This document shows, in pieces, positions 39,432 to 49,697 of a stretch of DNA of 64,000 bases (positions are counted from its first letter, which is position 1; each line of letters opens with the position of its first letter). A program made the translations under genes and the position numbers. Below the pieces are notes generated by a model, which saw nothing but the letters and a program-made list of their open reading frames with translations, ran no database searches and was not told the DNA's origin. Origin of the DNA: an uncultured Acidimicrobiia bacterium (GTDB lineage Bacteria; Acidobacteriota; Terriglobia; Versatilivoradales; Versatilivoraceae); contig CAWBAT010000002.1 of assembly GCA_963786955.1 (NCBI GenBank), positions 107,874 through 171,873 of the forward strand. Direction: 5' to 3'.

Positions 39432-42400
39432 ATGCAAATCCATCATCTCGTTTTTCGAAACTTGAGATATTTTTGGAGAACTAACCTCGCGGTGGTTCTG
39501 GGAGTGGCCACCGCCGTGTCAGTGCTCTCAGGAGCCCTCCTGGTAGGGGATTCAGTCCGTGGCAGTCTCCATGACCTCATTTTGAAGCGCATAGGGCAGA
39601 CCGATTATGTCATCTCCAGTTCAGGCTACTTTGGGGAGTCCCTCTCTGTGCGCCTCAAGCAACACCCTTCATTTACGACCGCCTTCGGAGATGCTTGCCC
39701 CATGATCGTAAAAGAAGGAATAGCAACGCATCAGGAAAATCGGAGACGTGTAAATGACGTCCGAATTTACGGCATTAATGCGGAATTCTGGAGTTTTAAC
39801 CTCCTCAATAGATCTCCGGGAGAGGTCAATGGGCGAAACGTTTTGATTGGTTCGGGCCTGGCCAATGAACTAGGAGCGAAGCGAGGCGATTCAATTCTCT
39901 TGCGTTTGGAAGCCCCCGATGAAATTCCCCTCGAGTATTTGCAGGGGAGAAAAGAGAAACTGGGGAAGACCCTTCGTGTCCAAGTTTCCGATATTCTTTC
40001 CAATGATCAGCTGGGCTCCTTTGCGCTCCGCCCTACCCAGGGAGTGGTTCATACAGTCTTCATTTCGCTGTCTTTTCTGCAACACGAGCTTGAGTGCGAA
40101 CGACAAGCCAATACAATCCTAATTTCTGAGAATCCGGTTTCATCCGGAACGCTCGGGGCTGATTTTTCAACTCATGAACAAAATCTTCAAGTCGCCCTCC
40201 GGGAAAGGGCCAATTTGGACGATCTGGCACTCAGGCTCCGTTTGAATGAAGATCGAGGGTATTTTACACTTGAAAGCGCTTCGACCCTCCTCACGGAGAG
40301 TCAAGCGGCAATGGCTCAGAGCCTGGCTGCATCTGCGGGGATACTGGCATCCCCCCTCTTCACCTACCTGGCAAATAGCATCGATCATGACAGCCGGAGG
40401 GTCCCCTACTCCCTCGTTTCAGGGCTCGCAAAGCCATTGTTTGATGAGTTGCAAGCAAACTGCAACCAGCAGGCCAAGCCATATACCCAGGCTGCCGGTT
40501 CTCCCCCAGGCGTTCCTGTAGAAAGAAGGAACTCAGCGGGCACTCTCCCGCTTCCTCCTATTATTTTAAACAACTGGACAGCTGAGGATTTGGGCTCATC
40601 GCCGGGTGATACCATAACTCTTGAATATTTTGTTTGGGAGGAAAACGGCCTCCTAGCCACAAAGACCACAGATTTCTGCCTGCAAGCCATAGTGCCGATC
40701 CGTGAGTTGGCGGCTGATCGCGATCTGGCGCCGGAATACCCAGGCATCAGTGACTCTGAGAATCTTTCTGATTGGGACCCTCCATTTCCTTTGGATCTCC
40801 GCAGGATTCGGCCGAAGGACGAAGAATACTGGAAGAAATTCAAAACGACACCCAAAGGATTTATTCCTTTGGAAATTGCCCAACAACTCTGGAAATCACG
40901 CTTCGGTGCTTTCACATCCGTCAGGTTCTATCCGCCCGAGACCATGAGCCACTCGTCTGTGGGATATCCGGTCCGACCGTTAAACTTAGCAAATTTGGCA
41001 GATCATTTTGCAGGAAAACTCACGCCACTCGTCACACAAAACCTTTCTACCTTCTCCATTTGGCCGCTGCGGCAGGATGGTGTCCGGGCATCAGAGGGGG
41101 CTACGGATTTTGGAGCTTATTTTACCTATTTCAGTTTTTTCCTGGTACTTTCGGCAGTGGCTCTGGCAGGACTATTCTTCCGGTTTGGGTTAGAGCAGCG
41201 AATCCGGGAAATTGGGATCCTCCGATCACTGGGATTCTCCATCAGTGCGATTAAACGTGTCTTCCTGATCGAAGGAATTGTGATTTCTACACTGGGGGGG
41301 ATGCTGGGAATCATCGGCGCATGGGGGTTTAGTCAGGTGGTTGTTCATGGTTTGAAAACCTGGTGGATCGGAGCCGTACACACAAAAGAACTTTCAGTCC
41401 ATATTACTTCGTTCCCTTTGTGGATCGGCTTCGTGAGCGGGGGTGCTTCCGCTTCGCTCGTCATTTTGTTTTCCCTTCGAATGCTTGGTGCTTCCTCTCC
41501 GCGCACCCTTTTATCAGGGGGCTGGTTTACGTTTCCACCGTTCTCACCGCAAGGAGCGACCGAAAAAGATTTACTGGCCTCCGCATTCAAAAACGGTACC
41601 TACATTTCTGCCCATTCCCAGTGGAGGTATTTTTTGCCGGCTTTTATATTTACCCTTATCGGACTGCTCCTTTTAATTGCCTCTAGAACTGGAATCATGA
41701 GCCAAACACTTGGTTTTTTCAGTGCCGGGATGGCCTTTTTGATTGCAGTACTCTCTGCAATATATTGCTGGCTCCGACATGTTCGAGGAAAGGGACTCGC
41801 CCCTCATCCCCCATGGGCTCTGGCCGCTTTGGGATTGCGAAACCTCAGGCACCGGCCTGCCCGAAGCCTTTTTAGCATTGCCTTGATTGCCGTCGCCACT
41901 TTTATCATTGTTTCAGTGGATGCGTTTCGTCAGGTGGACCACGGCAGTTCGATCGACAAGAAGTCAGGCACAGGTGGCTTTCCACTCCAGGCCGAATCGC
42001 TCTTACCCATCGTTTTCAATCTCAATCAAGCAGCAAGCCGCAGGGCCTTGAACCTCGAGGTCTTAAACACGCCGGAATTTGGCAGAACACGAATCGATCG
42101 ATTCCGAGTTCGCCCCGGGGACGATACGAGCTGCCTCAACTTATACCTGCCACGAAATCCGCGCATCTTGGCTCCAACTTCGGACTTCTTGGCCGAGAAT
42201 CGTTTCACATTTCATTCATCTTTGGCGTCAAGTCCAGAGGAAATCGCCAACCCGTGGCTTCTATTGACACGAGCGTTCGATGCGGAGGTTATTCCGGCGA
42301 TCGTGGACCGCAACTCCTTGAATTACACTTTACATCTCAAATTGGGAGACGTACTCATCTTGAACCGTGCCGATGGCAGTAAGATTCGGCTTCGAATCAT

Positions 42401-43004
42401 GGGGGTCTTGGCGGACAGCCTATTTCAGAGTGAAATGTTGATTTCCGAAACAAATTTCTTAAAACTCTTTCCGCAGGAACAGGGGTACCGATTTTTTCTG
42501 ATCGACCCGCCGCGCGCAGAACTTTCCCCGCTCATTGAAACACTTGAAGAGCGGCTTTCACAATATGGCTTTGACGTCAGCTATACGTCTGACCGGCTGG
42601 CACATTTTCACCAGGTGGAGAACACTTATCTCTCCACGTTTCAGTCTCTGGGCGGACTGGGTCTTTTGCTTGGGAGTTTTGGGCTGGTGGCAGTTCTGCT
42701 GCGCAATATTGTGGAAAGCAGGCGGCAATTAGGGCTTTTGAGAGCCGTCGGGTATACTTCGAGGCATTTGATCACGATGGTTTCCAGCGAAAACATCATC
42801 CTTCTATCCTTGGGGCTGGCCGCCGGAACTCTATGCGCACTCGTGGCGATTATTCCGGCTATTTTGGAGCGAGGAGGACAATTCCCCAGTTATAGTTTTG
42901 CCTGGCTGGTTCCTTCTATCCTAGTGACGGGAGCCATCTCTTCCCTCTTTGCGGCCTCTTCAGTTTTGCGTATCTCTCTGGTAACCGTTTTAAAGAGTGA
43001 GTAG
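39432..43004 (+). CDS. ABC transporter permease, tandem FtsX/MacB-type (1190 aa)
   Basis: Two FtsX repeats (R.REIGILRSLGFS; RRQLGLLRAVGY), two large periplasmic domains, C-terminal LKSE. Confidence 0.88.
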   Translation: MQIHHLVFRNLRYFWRTNLAVVLGVATAVSVLSGALLVGDSVRGSLHDLILKRIGQTDYVISSSGYFGESLSVRLKQHPSFTTAFGDACPMIVKEGIATHQENRRRVNDVRIYGINAEFWSFNLLNRSPGEVNGRNVLIGSGLANELGAKRGDSILLRLEAPDEIPLEYLQGRKEKLGKTLRVQVSDILSNDQLGSFALRPTQGVVHTVFISLSFLQHELECERQANTILISENPVSSGTLGADFSTHEQNLQVALRERANLDDLALRLRLNEDRGYFTLESASTLLTESQAAMAQSLAASAGILASPLFTYLANSIDHDSRRVPYSLVSGLAKPLFDELQANCNQQAKPYTQAAGSPPGVPVERRNSAGTLPLPPIILNNWTAEDLGSSPGDTITLEYFVWEENGLLATKTTDFCLQAIVPIRELAADRDLAPEYPGISDSENLSDWDPPFPLDLRRIRPKDEEYWKKFKTTPKGFIPLEIAQQLWKSRFGAFTSVRFYPPETMSHSSVGYPVRPLNLANLADHFAGKLTPLVTQNLSTFSIWPLRQDGVRASEGATDFGAYFTYFSFFLVLSAVALAGLFFRFGLEQRIREIGILRSLGFSISAIKRVFLIEGIVISTLGGMLGIIGAWGFSQVVVHGLKTWWIGAVHTKELSVHITSFPLWIGFVSGGASASLVILFSLRMLGASSPRTLLSGGWFTFPPFSPQGATEKDLLASAFKNGTYISAHSQWRYFLPAFIFTLIGLLLLIASRTGIMSQTLGFFSAGMAFLIAVLSAIYCWLRHVRGKGLAPHPPWALAALGLRNLRHRPARSLFSIALIAVATFIIVSVDAFRQVDHGSSIDKKSGTGGFPLQAESLLPIVFNLNQAASRRALNLEVLNTPEFGRTRIDRFRVRPGDDTSCLNLYLPRNPRILAPTSDFLAENRFTFHSSLASSPEEIANPWLLLTRAFDAEVIPAIVDRNSLNYTLHLKLGDVLILNRADGSKIRLRIMGVLADSLFQSEMLISETNFLKLFPQEQGYRFFLIDPPRAELSPLIETLEERLSQYGFDVSYTSDRLAHFHQVENTYLSTFQSLGGLGLLLGSFGLVAVLLRNIVESRRQLGLLRAVGYTSRHLITMVSSENIILLSLGLAAGTLCALVAIIPAILERGGQFPSYSFAWLVPSILVTGAISSLFAASSVLRISLVTVLKSE

Positions 43005-43074
43005 AATTGGACTTCCACAAGTTCCGGTAGTATTGGTAAATTGATTTCAATTTATTTTTGAAAGGAGGGACACA

Positions 43075-44331
43075 TTGATTCAACGTGCCGACTGGCGTCA
43101 GGCTTTCTTTCTCTTGATCATCGGTACCGTCTTATTAGGAGCTACTTTTCCGGATAAGAACGAAGTGCCTGGAGAGTGGCCTCAATGGCGAGGTCCAAAT
43201 CGCGACGGGGTTTCCCGGGAATCCGGCTTGCTGAAGGAATGGCCCTCGGCTGGCCCTCCCCTGGTCTGGAAAACCCAAGGACTCGGAAATGGCTATTCCA
43301 CAGTGGCTGTGTCAAAAGGACGCATATACACCATGGGAGTTCGAGGAGACCAAGAGTTCATCATGTCAATCGATGTGAAGGATGGAAAACTCCTTTGGGA
43401 GCGGTCTCATGGATCACGTTTTGTAAATGATCAAGGGGACGGGCCGAGAAGCACACCCACGGTCGATGGAAATTTCCTCTATGCCCTGGGTGGGAATGGC
43501 GACCTCTCTTGCCTGGAATTGAAAGACGGGAAAACCGTATGGACGATGAACGTTCTCCAAAAGTTTGAAGGCACCAACACCCATTGGGGGATCAGTGAGT
43601 CTCCTTTAATTGTGGGCGACCGACTCCTAGTGACTCCCGGAGGCAAGAACGCGGCGATTGTGGCTCTCGATAAGCAAGACGGCTCTGTCATCTGGAAAAG
43701 CCAAAGCGACCGCCCAGGATATTCCTCTGGCGTCTACACGGAACTCGGCGGGATTCCAGAGGCCATATTCTTTACCGGGTCGCGCGGTCTTGGAGTTGAC
43801 GTCCGGAATGGAGACTTGCTGTGGGAATATTCCCAGGCGTCCAATCGAACCGCGAATATCGCAACTCCTATTGTCAGTGGAAACTATGTATTTCTTTCCT
43901 CCGACTATGGTACTGGTTGTGCACTTCTGGCGCTTGTTCCCAGTGAGGGAAAAATCAAGGCTCGAGAAATTTACTTTAACCAGGAAATGAAAAACCATCA
44001 TTCCAGTTCAGTTCTCGTAGACGGAACCTTGTACGGTTTTTCCAGTGCCATCTTAACGGCCATGCGTTTCAATGACGGTCATGTATTCTGGAAGGATCGA
44101 AGTGTCGGCAAAGGGTCCTTGACCTACGCGGATGGGCATTTGTACTGCTTCAGTGAGAAGGGGGTGGTCGGGCTGGTAGAAGCCAACCCCGAAGCCTATA
44201 AAGAAAAAGGGAGGTTCTCAATCTCCCAGGAAACCCTACCGACCTGGAGCCATCCGGTAGTCGCTGGAGGACGGCTATACTTGCGGGATCAGGGCACTTT
44301 ATATAGTTATGACATAAAAGAGAAGCAGTGA
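43075..44331 (+). CDS. PQQ-binding-like beta-propeller repeat protein
   Basis: AGGAGG RBS; signal peptide; EWPQWRGPNRDG; GPRSTPTVDG; TWSHPVV..GRLYLRDQ. Confidence 0.88.
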   Translation: MIQRADWRQAFFLLIIGTVLLGATFPDKNEVPGEWPQWRGPNRDGVSRESGLLKEWPSAGPPLVWKTQGLGNGYSTVAVSKGRIYTMGVRGDQEFIMSIDVKDGKLLWERSHGSRFVNDQGDGPRSTPTVDGNFLYALGGNGDLSCLELKDGKTVWTMNVLQKFEGTNTHWGISESPLIVGDRLLVTPGGKNAAIVALDKQDGSVIWKSQSDRPGYSSGVYTELGGIPEAIFFTGSRGLGVDVRNGDLLWEYSQASNRTANIATPIVSGNYVFLSSDYGTGCALLALVPSEGKIKAREIYFNQEMKNHHSSSVLVDGTLYGFSSAILTAMRFNDGHVFWKDRSVGKGSLTYADGHLYCFSEKGVVGLVEANPEAYKEKGRFSISQETLPTWSHPVVAGGRLYLRDQGTLYSYDIKEKQ

Positions 44332-44359
44332 TTCTGTGTCAAGCAAACGAATGGGGTTT

Positions 44360-44455
44360 GTGGGGCGGTCTCGTTGATACCTCCGCAGAAATTGTCCCCC
44401 TTCGTCAAGGGGGACTCGCGGGGGGTTGGTAGGGTGGTCTCGCTGAGACCCCCCT
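44360..44455. repeat. Family A palindrome flanked by GTAG/GTGG-type REP units
   Basis: GTCCCCCTTCGTCAAGGGGGAC between GTGGGGCGGTCTCGTTGATACC and GTAGGGTGGTCTCGCTGAGACC. Confidence 0.55.
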
Positions 44456-44525
44456 TACTGATATCTGACTCTTTCAATGCGCTCGATGAGCGTGCTCGGC
44501 CTTTTAGAGGAGAATGAGAGATTTG

Positions 44526-45791
44526 ATGAAAAAGATCGTTTTATTTCTGGCAGTCCTGCTGACAACCATCCCGGACCTCTCTTTTTGCGAAAATTGGCCA
44601 CAGTGGCGCGGACCCAGCCTGAACGGGGTGAGTGTCGAAGACAATTTACCGGTCCGTTGGAGCAATGAGAAGAACATCCTTTGGAAGCTGGCTTTGCCTG
44701 AACGAAGTGGTGCCACGCCTATCATCTGGGGAGAGACTATCTTTTTGAATATTGCCGAAGCGGACGTGCTTTCCTTGTGGGCAGTGAACCGAAAAGACGG
44801 CAGTGTGCTTTGGAAACGTCCGCTGGGCAGCGGAAATATCCGGATGAATAAGCAAAACATGTCTTCCCCCTCACCCGTGACAGATGGCCTGAATGTTTAT
44901 GTCATGACGGGTACCGGTATTTTAAAAGGTTTTGATTTTGCAGGAAAAGAATTATGGGTAAGAGATATTCAGCAGGATTATGGGAAGTTTGGCTTAAATT
45001 GGGGCTATGCCTCCTCGCCCCTGCTTTACGGTGATTCTCTCTATGTTCAGGTTTTACATGGAATGAAAACTGATGCCCCATCGTATTTGCTGCGAATACA
45101 CAAGAAAACGGGAAGGTCCGTTTGGAAAGTGGAACGCCCGACACCAGCGATTACGGAATCACCCGATTCATACACGACACCCACGCTGGTCCGCCATTCG
45201 GCTGAAGTCGAGATTGTTGTGACGGGTGGTGATTGCATGACCGGCCACGACCCAGAGACAGGAAAAGAGCTTTGGCGGGCGAACGGTTTCAATCCTGACA
45301 ATGACCCCTTTCACCGGATTATTGCTTCTCCGGTAGTTGCGGACGAAATTATTTACGCCCCGACTAAGGTTCGTCCTTTAATGGCGTTTCGTTCCGGTGG
45401 CCGCGGCGATATCAGCCAATCTCATCTTCTGTGGTCATTTCAAAATGGGCCGGACGTTCCATCTCCGGTGAGCGACGGCAAGTACTTCTTCAGTGTCAAT
45501 GACAAGGGAATAGCATGGTGTCTCGATGCCAAGACCGGGAAAGAAATCTGGGGGCCACAACGGCTAACGCCCGCCATTTATAGTGCTTCTCCAGTTTTGG
45601 CGAATGGTAAACTTTATGTCATCAACGAAGAAGGGTTAACCACCGTACTTAAGGCCGGGCCCACTTTTGAAATTGTAGCCGAGAATCCACTCAACGATTA
45701 CACACTCAGTTCCCCAGCCATTTCTAACGGCCACATTTATATTCGGACCGCCAAATATCTTTACTGTATCGGGAAACCCGGAAATCGCTAA
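44526..45791 (+). CDS. PQQ-binding-like beta-propeller repeat protein
   Basis: MKKIV signal; NWPQWRGP; SPSPVTDG; YASSPLLY; DVPSPV; SSPAISNG.IYIRT. Confidence 0.88.
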   Translation: MKKIVLFLAVLLTTIPDLSFCENWPQWRGPSLNGVSVEDNLPVRWSNEKNILWKLALPERSGATPIIWGETIFLNIAEADVLSLWAVNRKDGSVLWKRPLGSGNIRMNKQNMSSPSPVTDGLNVYVMTGTGILKGFDFAGKELWVRDIQQDYGKFGLNWGYASSPLLYGDSLYVQVLHGMKTDAPSYLLRIHKKTGRSVWKVERPTPAITESPDSYTTPTLVRHSAEVEIVVTGGDCMTGHDPETGKELWRANGFNPDNDPFHRIIASPVVADEIIYAPTKVRPLMAFRSGGRGDISQSHLLWSFQNGPDVPSPVSDGKYFFSVNDKGIAWCLDAKTGKEIWGPQRLTPAIYSASPVLANGKLYVINEEGLTTVLKAGPTFEIVAENPLNDYTLSSPAISNGHIYIRTAKYLYCIGKPGNR

Positions 45792-46050
45792 ACCTGGAAT
45801 TTGAAATTGCTTTTGCGTCGTCTGGTTGAGCGGGCCCACACGCGCGTTCTACCCAATAGGCTCGTGAAGTGCAAGAAGACGTTGTAGCGAGGCTCTATGA
45901 GCGCCGACCTCATTGCTTTCCCAACAGCGGGCTGATCACTCCATTCCCTCTTCGAAGCAGGCTGTTGGAGATGTCTGGATCAAAGTGGTAGCCACGATGA
46001 ATATGTTTGCGGCATTCATCGTGGGCTTTTCTTCGCCATCCAGCGGAGTG

Positions 46051-46100
46051 CACTCCCCCCTCACCCCCGGCCCCTCTCCCGCACTCGTTGGGGCGAGGGG
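46051..46100. repeat. CCCCTCACCCCCGGCCCCTCTCCC-type REP-like hairpin
   Basis: CCCCTCTCCC..GGGCGAGGGG stem between convergent genes. Confidence 0.5.
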
Positions 46101-46132
46101 TTGCAGGTATTCAACTATTGGGCGCTGACAAA

Positions 46133-46582
46133 TTACGAAGAAGGTTTGAAATAAAGCACCATTCCGGCGCCCACCGATACTAAGAGAAATCCCAAGTACA
46201 GCAAGGGATTCGGCGAAGTCTTGGGAGGATGGAGCCACATGGAATACAATACATTCACCAGCGGTGCTCCGCCGAAGACCAGCGGCATCACATAAGTGGG
46301 CGTCCCACCAAATTTAAACGCCCAGATAATGCAGATTGCCCCTAGCGCACCCAGCCCTCCGGCAACAGTAGCCCCAACAGTTCCACTCCAATTGAAGTTT
46401 TTCAATCCACCCTGAGAGGAGAGCGTCACAGCAGGTACCAAAACCCCCATGAGGAAATAAGCGAATCCCACACAAAGTAAGGCCTTCATGGGATTGCCGA
46501 GCTGAACTTGACCCCGATGGAGTGAGGGCCCATACAGCCCCCATGAAACAACTGCACCTAAGACAAAAATGAGCCATGTCAT
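46133..46582 (-). CDS. Small DMT/EamA-like membrane protein (about 5 TM)
   Basis: AAGGAG RBS; WGLYGP.LH, GALGAICII.A...GG.P.YVMPLVFGGAP. Confidence 0.75.
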   Translation of the reverse strand: MTWLIFVLGAVVSWGLYGPSLHRGQVQLGNPMKALLCVGFAYFLMGVLVPAVTLSSQGGLKNFNWSGTVGATVAGGLGALGAICIIWAFKFGGTPTYVMPLVFGGAPLVNVLYSMWLHPPKTSPNPLLYLGFLLVSVGAGMVLYFKPSS

Positions 46583-46598
46583 ACTCGTCCGTCTCCTT

Positions 46599-48065
46599 TC
46601 ACTGCTTTCCGAAACAATAAAGAGTCTTCTTGGTCCGAATGTAAAGCTGCCCATCGCCAAAAGCTGGAGTGGAATAGCATTCCTCGTTCAGGTCATTGGT
46701 GGCCAGGACCTCCCAGTTTCTTCCAGGTTGGATTACGCTGACTTTTCCTTCCTGGCTGATCGTAAATATCTTGTCATCGGCGGCAACCGGCGACGAGAAA
46801 TAATCTCCGGGAGCATCTTGCAACCTCGCTTGCTTAACCACTGTCCCAGTGTTTGCGTCTAATGCAGTCAGGATGCCTCCTTCTTTCATCAGGTAGAGGA
46901 TATTTTTGTAGAATAACGGAGAAGGCACATTGGGCAAGGACTTACGGTAACGCCATACAAAACTGCGTTCTGTTTCATCCCCATGACTACCTAACCGAAA
47001 CGCCGAGACGGAGTTAACTGCAGAACGGCGCAAACGGTAGAAACGCCAGTCCCGTTCACTCACAAAACCATCCCGGTCAAGATCTAACGCCTTCCAATCT
47101 TTTTTGAGCTGCTCGTTTGATATTTCTTCCGCAGACAGCTTCCCATCGTGATTGGTATCCTCTTTCTTCAGAATTTCATCAAATGGAGGAATGTTTTCTT
47201 GTTGCCCTTCATCGGACCCGCCTGCCCAGCCATTGATGAAGATCATGTCATCATTCATCACAGGCGTTCCCTTCATTTGCCAGCTCAAACCACCCAGCCA
47301 CCAGAGTTCTTTTCCCGAATCTGCCGAGTAGGCAGTCAATTGGAATGAGCCTGAGATCAGAATCTGGTGCGGTCCGCTTGCAGGTTTATAGACAATCGGT
47401 GTCGCGAATCCCCGGCTGAATTCCGGACGCTCGACCCGCCAGCATATTTTTCCGGTATCTTTGTTAATTGCGAGAAGAAAGGATCCACTCTCCTGATCGC
47501 AGTTCATGACCACTTTGTCATCAACAAGAATGGGCGAAGCACCCAAGCCCATAGGGTTGTTGAAAGGTCCCAAAGGAAGATGCCAAAGCTCTCTCCCTTC
47601 CGTGCTATATGCAATCAAGCCGAAATCGGTAAAGAAAGCATAAACATTCTTTCCATCGGTCACGGGACTTGAAGATGCAGGAGTATTGGCTTTGTGCAGT
47701 TCTTCGCTGCGATTTTTGGGTACTTCGCGTTGCCAAAGGATCTTCCCGTTTCTTCTCTCTATACCCAGGACATAGAGTTTCTCATCTTGAAAAGCCGTTA
47801 CAAAAATGGCGTCGCTCGTAAGAACGGGGGAAGAATGTCCTGGCGGCAATGTTGTTTTCCAGAGGAGATTTTTAGTTGGACCGAATTCCGTGGGCAGCCC
47901 ATTACACTTCTCCGCCAGTCCCGAGCTATTAGGGCCCCGGAATTGCGCCCAACCCGGAGGATTTGCATCACCCTGGAGAATCCCCACCAAACCGAGATAG
48001 AGAATCCATGGTGACACGAACAAAAACCAACAATCCCTATCCCGCTTCAAGATTCGGAGTTTCAT
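46599..48065 (-). CDS. PQQ-like beta-propeller protein with inserted EF-hand pair
   Basis: WAQFRGP, GHSSPV; EF loops DTNHDGKLSAEE and DLDRDGFVSERD; VPSPL. Confidence 0.85.
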   Translation of the reverse strand: MKLRILKRDRDCWFLFVSPWILYLGLVGILQGDANPPGWAQFRGPNSSGLAEKCNGLPTEFGPTKNLLWKTTLPPGHSSPVLTSDAIFVTAFQDEKLYVLGIERRNGKILWQREVPKNRSEELHKANTPASSSPVTDGKNVYAFFTDFGLIAYSTEGRELWHLPLGPFNNPMGLGASPILVDDKVVMNCDQESGSFLLAINKDTGKICWRVERPEFSRGFATPIVYKPASGPHQILISGSFQLTAYSADSGKELWWLGGLSWQMKGTPVMNDDMIFINGWAGGSDEGQQENIPPFDEILKKEDTNHDGKLSAEEISNEQLKKDWKALDLDRDGFVSERDWRFYRLRRSAVNSVSAFRLGSHGDETERSFVWRYRKSLPNVPSPLFYKNILYLMKEGGILTALDANTGTVVKQARLQDAPGDYFSSPVAADDKIFTISQEGKVSVIQPGRNWEVLATNDLNEECYSTPAFGDGQLYIRTKKTLYCFGKQ

Positions 48066-48317
48066 TGAGAATTCATAAAGATAGGAATGTAAGCCATTGA
48101 AAGTTCTCGCTTACTTCTCGATCTCGCCCACATTGCATCAATTGTGAAGACGTGGAAGAGAAATTCGGTGCTGATAAGCCGTCTCGCGTTATAGAATTCG
48201 CCCCCGACCATTCATATTCCAGCCCGATAGCCCACGATTGTAGCAATCGGTCGGGACTATTGCAAACCATGCCTTGACTATGGGATAGTGACCCTTCATT
48301 TCGAAGAAAGGAATGCC

Positions 48318-49661
48318 ATGAGAAACTCCGGTCAGACACGTGAGAAACTCCGCTTGACGCCCGTGCAGTGGGTAATTTGTCTCATTGCCATTTTGGGATT
48401 TGCCTTTGACACCTATGAATTACTGATGCTCCCGTTGATCATCCGTCCCGCCCTGATGGAACTGGTTCAAGCCAAGCCGGGGACACCACTCTTCAACGAA
48501 TGGATCGGAAAACTCTTCTATATTCCCGCGCTCGCTGGCGGGATTTTCGGATTGCTTGGCGGTTATCTGACAGATTTGCTGGGAAGGCGGCGTGTCCTGG
48601 TCTGGAGCATTTTGCTTTACGCGTTTTCAGCCTGTGCCGCGGGTTATGCGACCTCTATTCAAATGCTCCTCTTTTTTCGCTGCACAACATTTATCGGCGT
48701 ATGCGTCGAATTTGTGGCTGCGGTCGCCTGGCTGGCGGAATCATTTCCAGACCCGAAGCAGCGTGAAACAGTTCTGGGGTACACACAGGCCTTTTCATCG
48801 ATCGGGGGTGTCATGGTGACAGGCGCCTATTACCTCGCTGTTTCCTATGCTCCGTTGCTCCCCACGATCTACGGAGCCCACGAGCCTTGGCGCTACACGC
48901 TCATCTCAGGGCTGATTCCAGCGATTCCGCTTCTCCTGGTACGTCCATTTCTTCCGGAATCACCCGCCTGGCAACACCAGAAATCCTTGGGGACATTAAA
49001 GAGGCCCAGCCTTTCGGAACTCTTTGCACCGGTATTCCGAAAGACAACATTCGTGACGACGCTCCTGTTCGCCTGTAGTTACGGCGCCGCCTTTGGGGCC
49101 ATCCAGCACACGCCCAGAATGGTTCCGGGACTCGAGGAGGTTCGTTCGCTGCCGAAGCCGGTGCAGGAGCAAAAGGTGAGTCGTGTTCAGCTCTTTCAGG
49201 AGATGGGGGGACTTGCAGGGCGTTTTCTTCTAGCCTTTCTGGCGATTCGAATTGTCAGCCGAGGCAGACTCCTTCGAATCTTCCAGTTGCCCGGCTTGGT
49301 AGTCTTGCCGTTTGTTTTTTTCTATGCCGCGACACATAGTCTGGCGTTATTACAATGGGGAATTTTTGTAGCGGGACTGTTGACTGTCGGACAATTTAGC
49401 TTTTGGGGAAACTATCTGCCACGAGTCTATCCGACACACTTACGAGGAACGGGTGAAAGTTTTGCTGCCAACGTGGGCGGCCGCATGATTGGAACTTCTG
49501 CCGCCCTGCTCACCACTACTTTGGCGAGCTTAATGCCTGGAGGGAATCCATCCACCCAATTGGCCTATGCTGCGGCCATTGTAGCGTCCGGTACCTACCT
49601 CTTAGGGTTTGCGGCCAGTTTCTGGCTTCCTGAACCCGCGCGGGCAGAATTGCCTGAGTGA
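48318..49661 (+). CDS. MFS transporter
   Basis: GFAFDTYE, GYLTDLLGRRRVL motif A, E.FP...RE, YPTHLRGTG; about 12 TM. Confidence 0.9.
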   Translation: MRNSGQTREKLRLTPVQWVICLIAILGFAFDTYELLMLPLIIRPALMELVQAKPGTPLFNEWIGKLFYIPALAGGIFGLLGGYLTDLLGRRRVLVWSILLYAFSACAAGYATSIQMLLFFRCTTFIGVCVEFVAAVAWLAESFPDPKQRETVLGYTQAFSSIGGVMVTGAYYLAVSYAPLLPTIYGAHEPWRYTLISGLIPAIPLLLVRPFLPESPAWQHQKSLGTLKRPSLSELFAPVFRKTTFVTTLLFACSYGAAFGAIQHTPRMVPGLEEVRSLPKPVQEQKVSRVQLFQEMGGLAGRFLLAFLAIRIVSRGRLLRIFQLPGLVVLPFVFFYAATHSLALLQWGIFVAGLLTVGQFSFWGNYLPRVYPTHLRGTGESFAANVGGRMIGTSAALLTTTLASLMPGGNPSTQLAYAAAIVASGTYLLGFAASFWLPEPARAELPE

Positions 49662-49697
49662 TTCTTATCCCGTCCGGGGCCCTCAGGATATTTTCAC

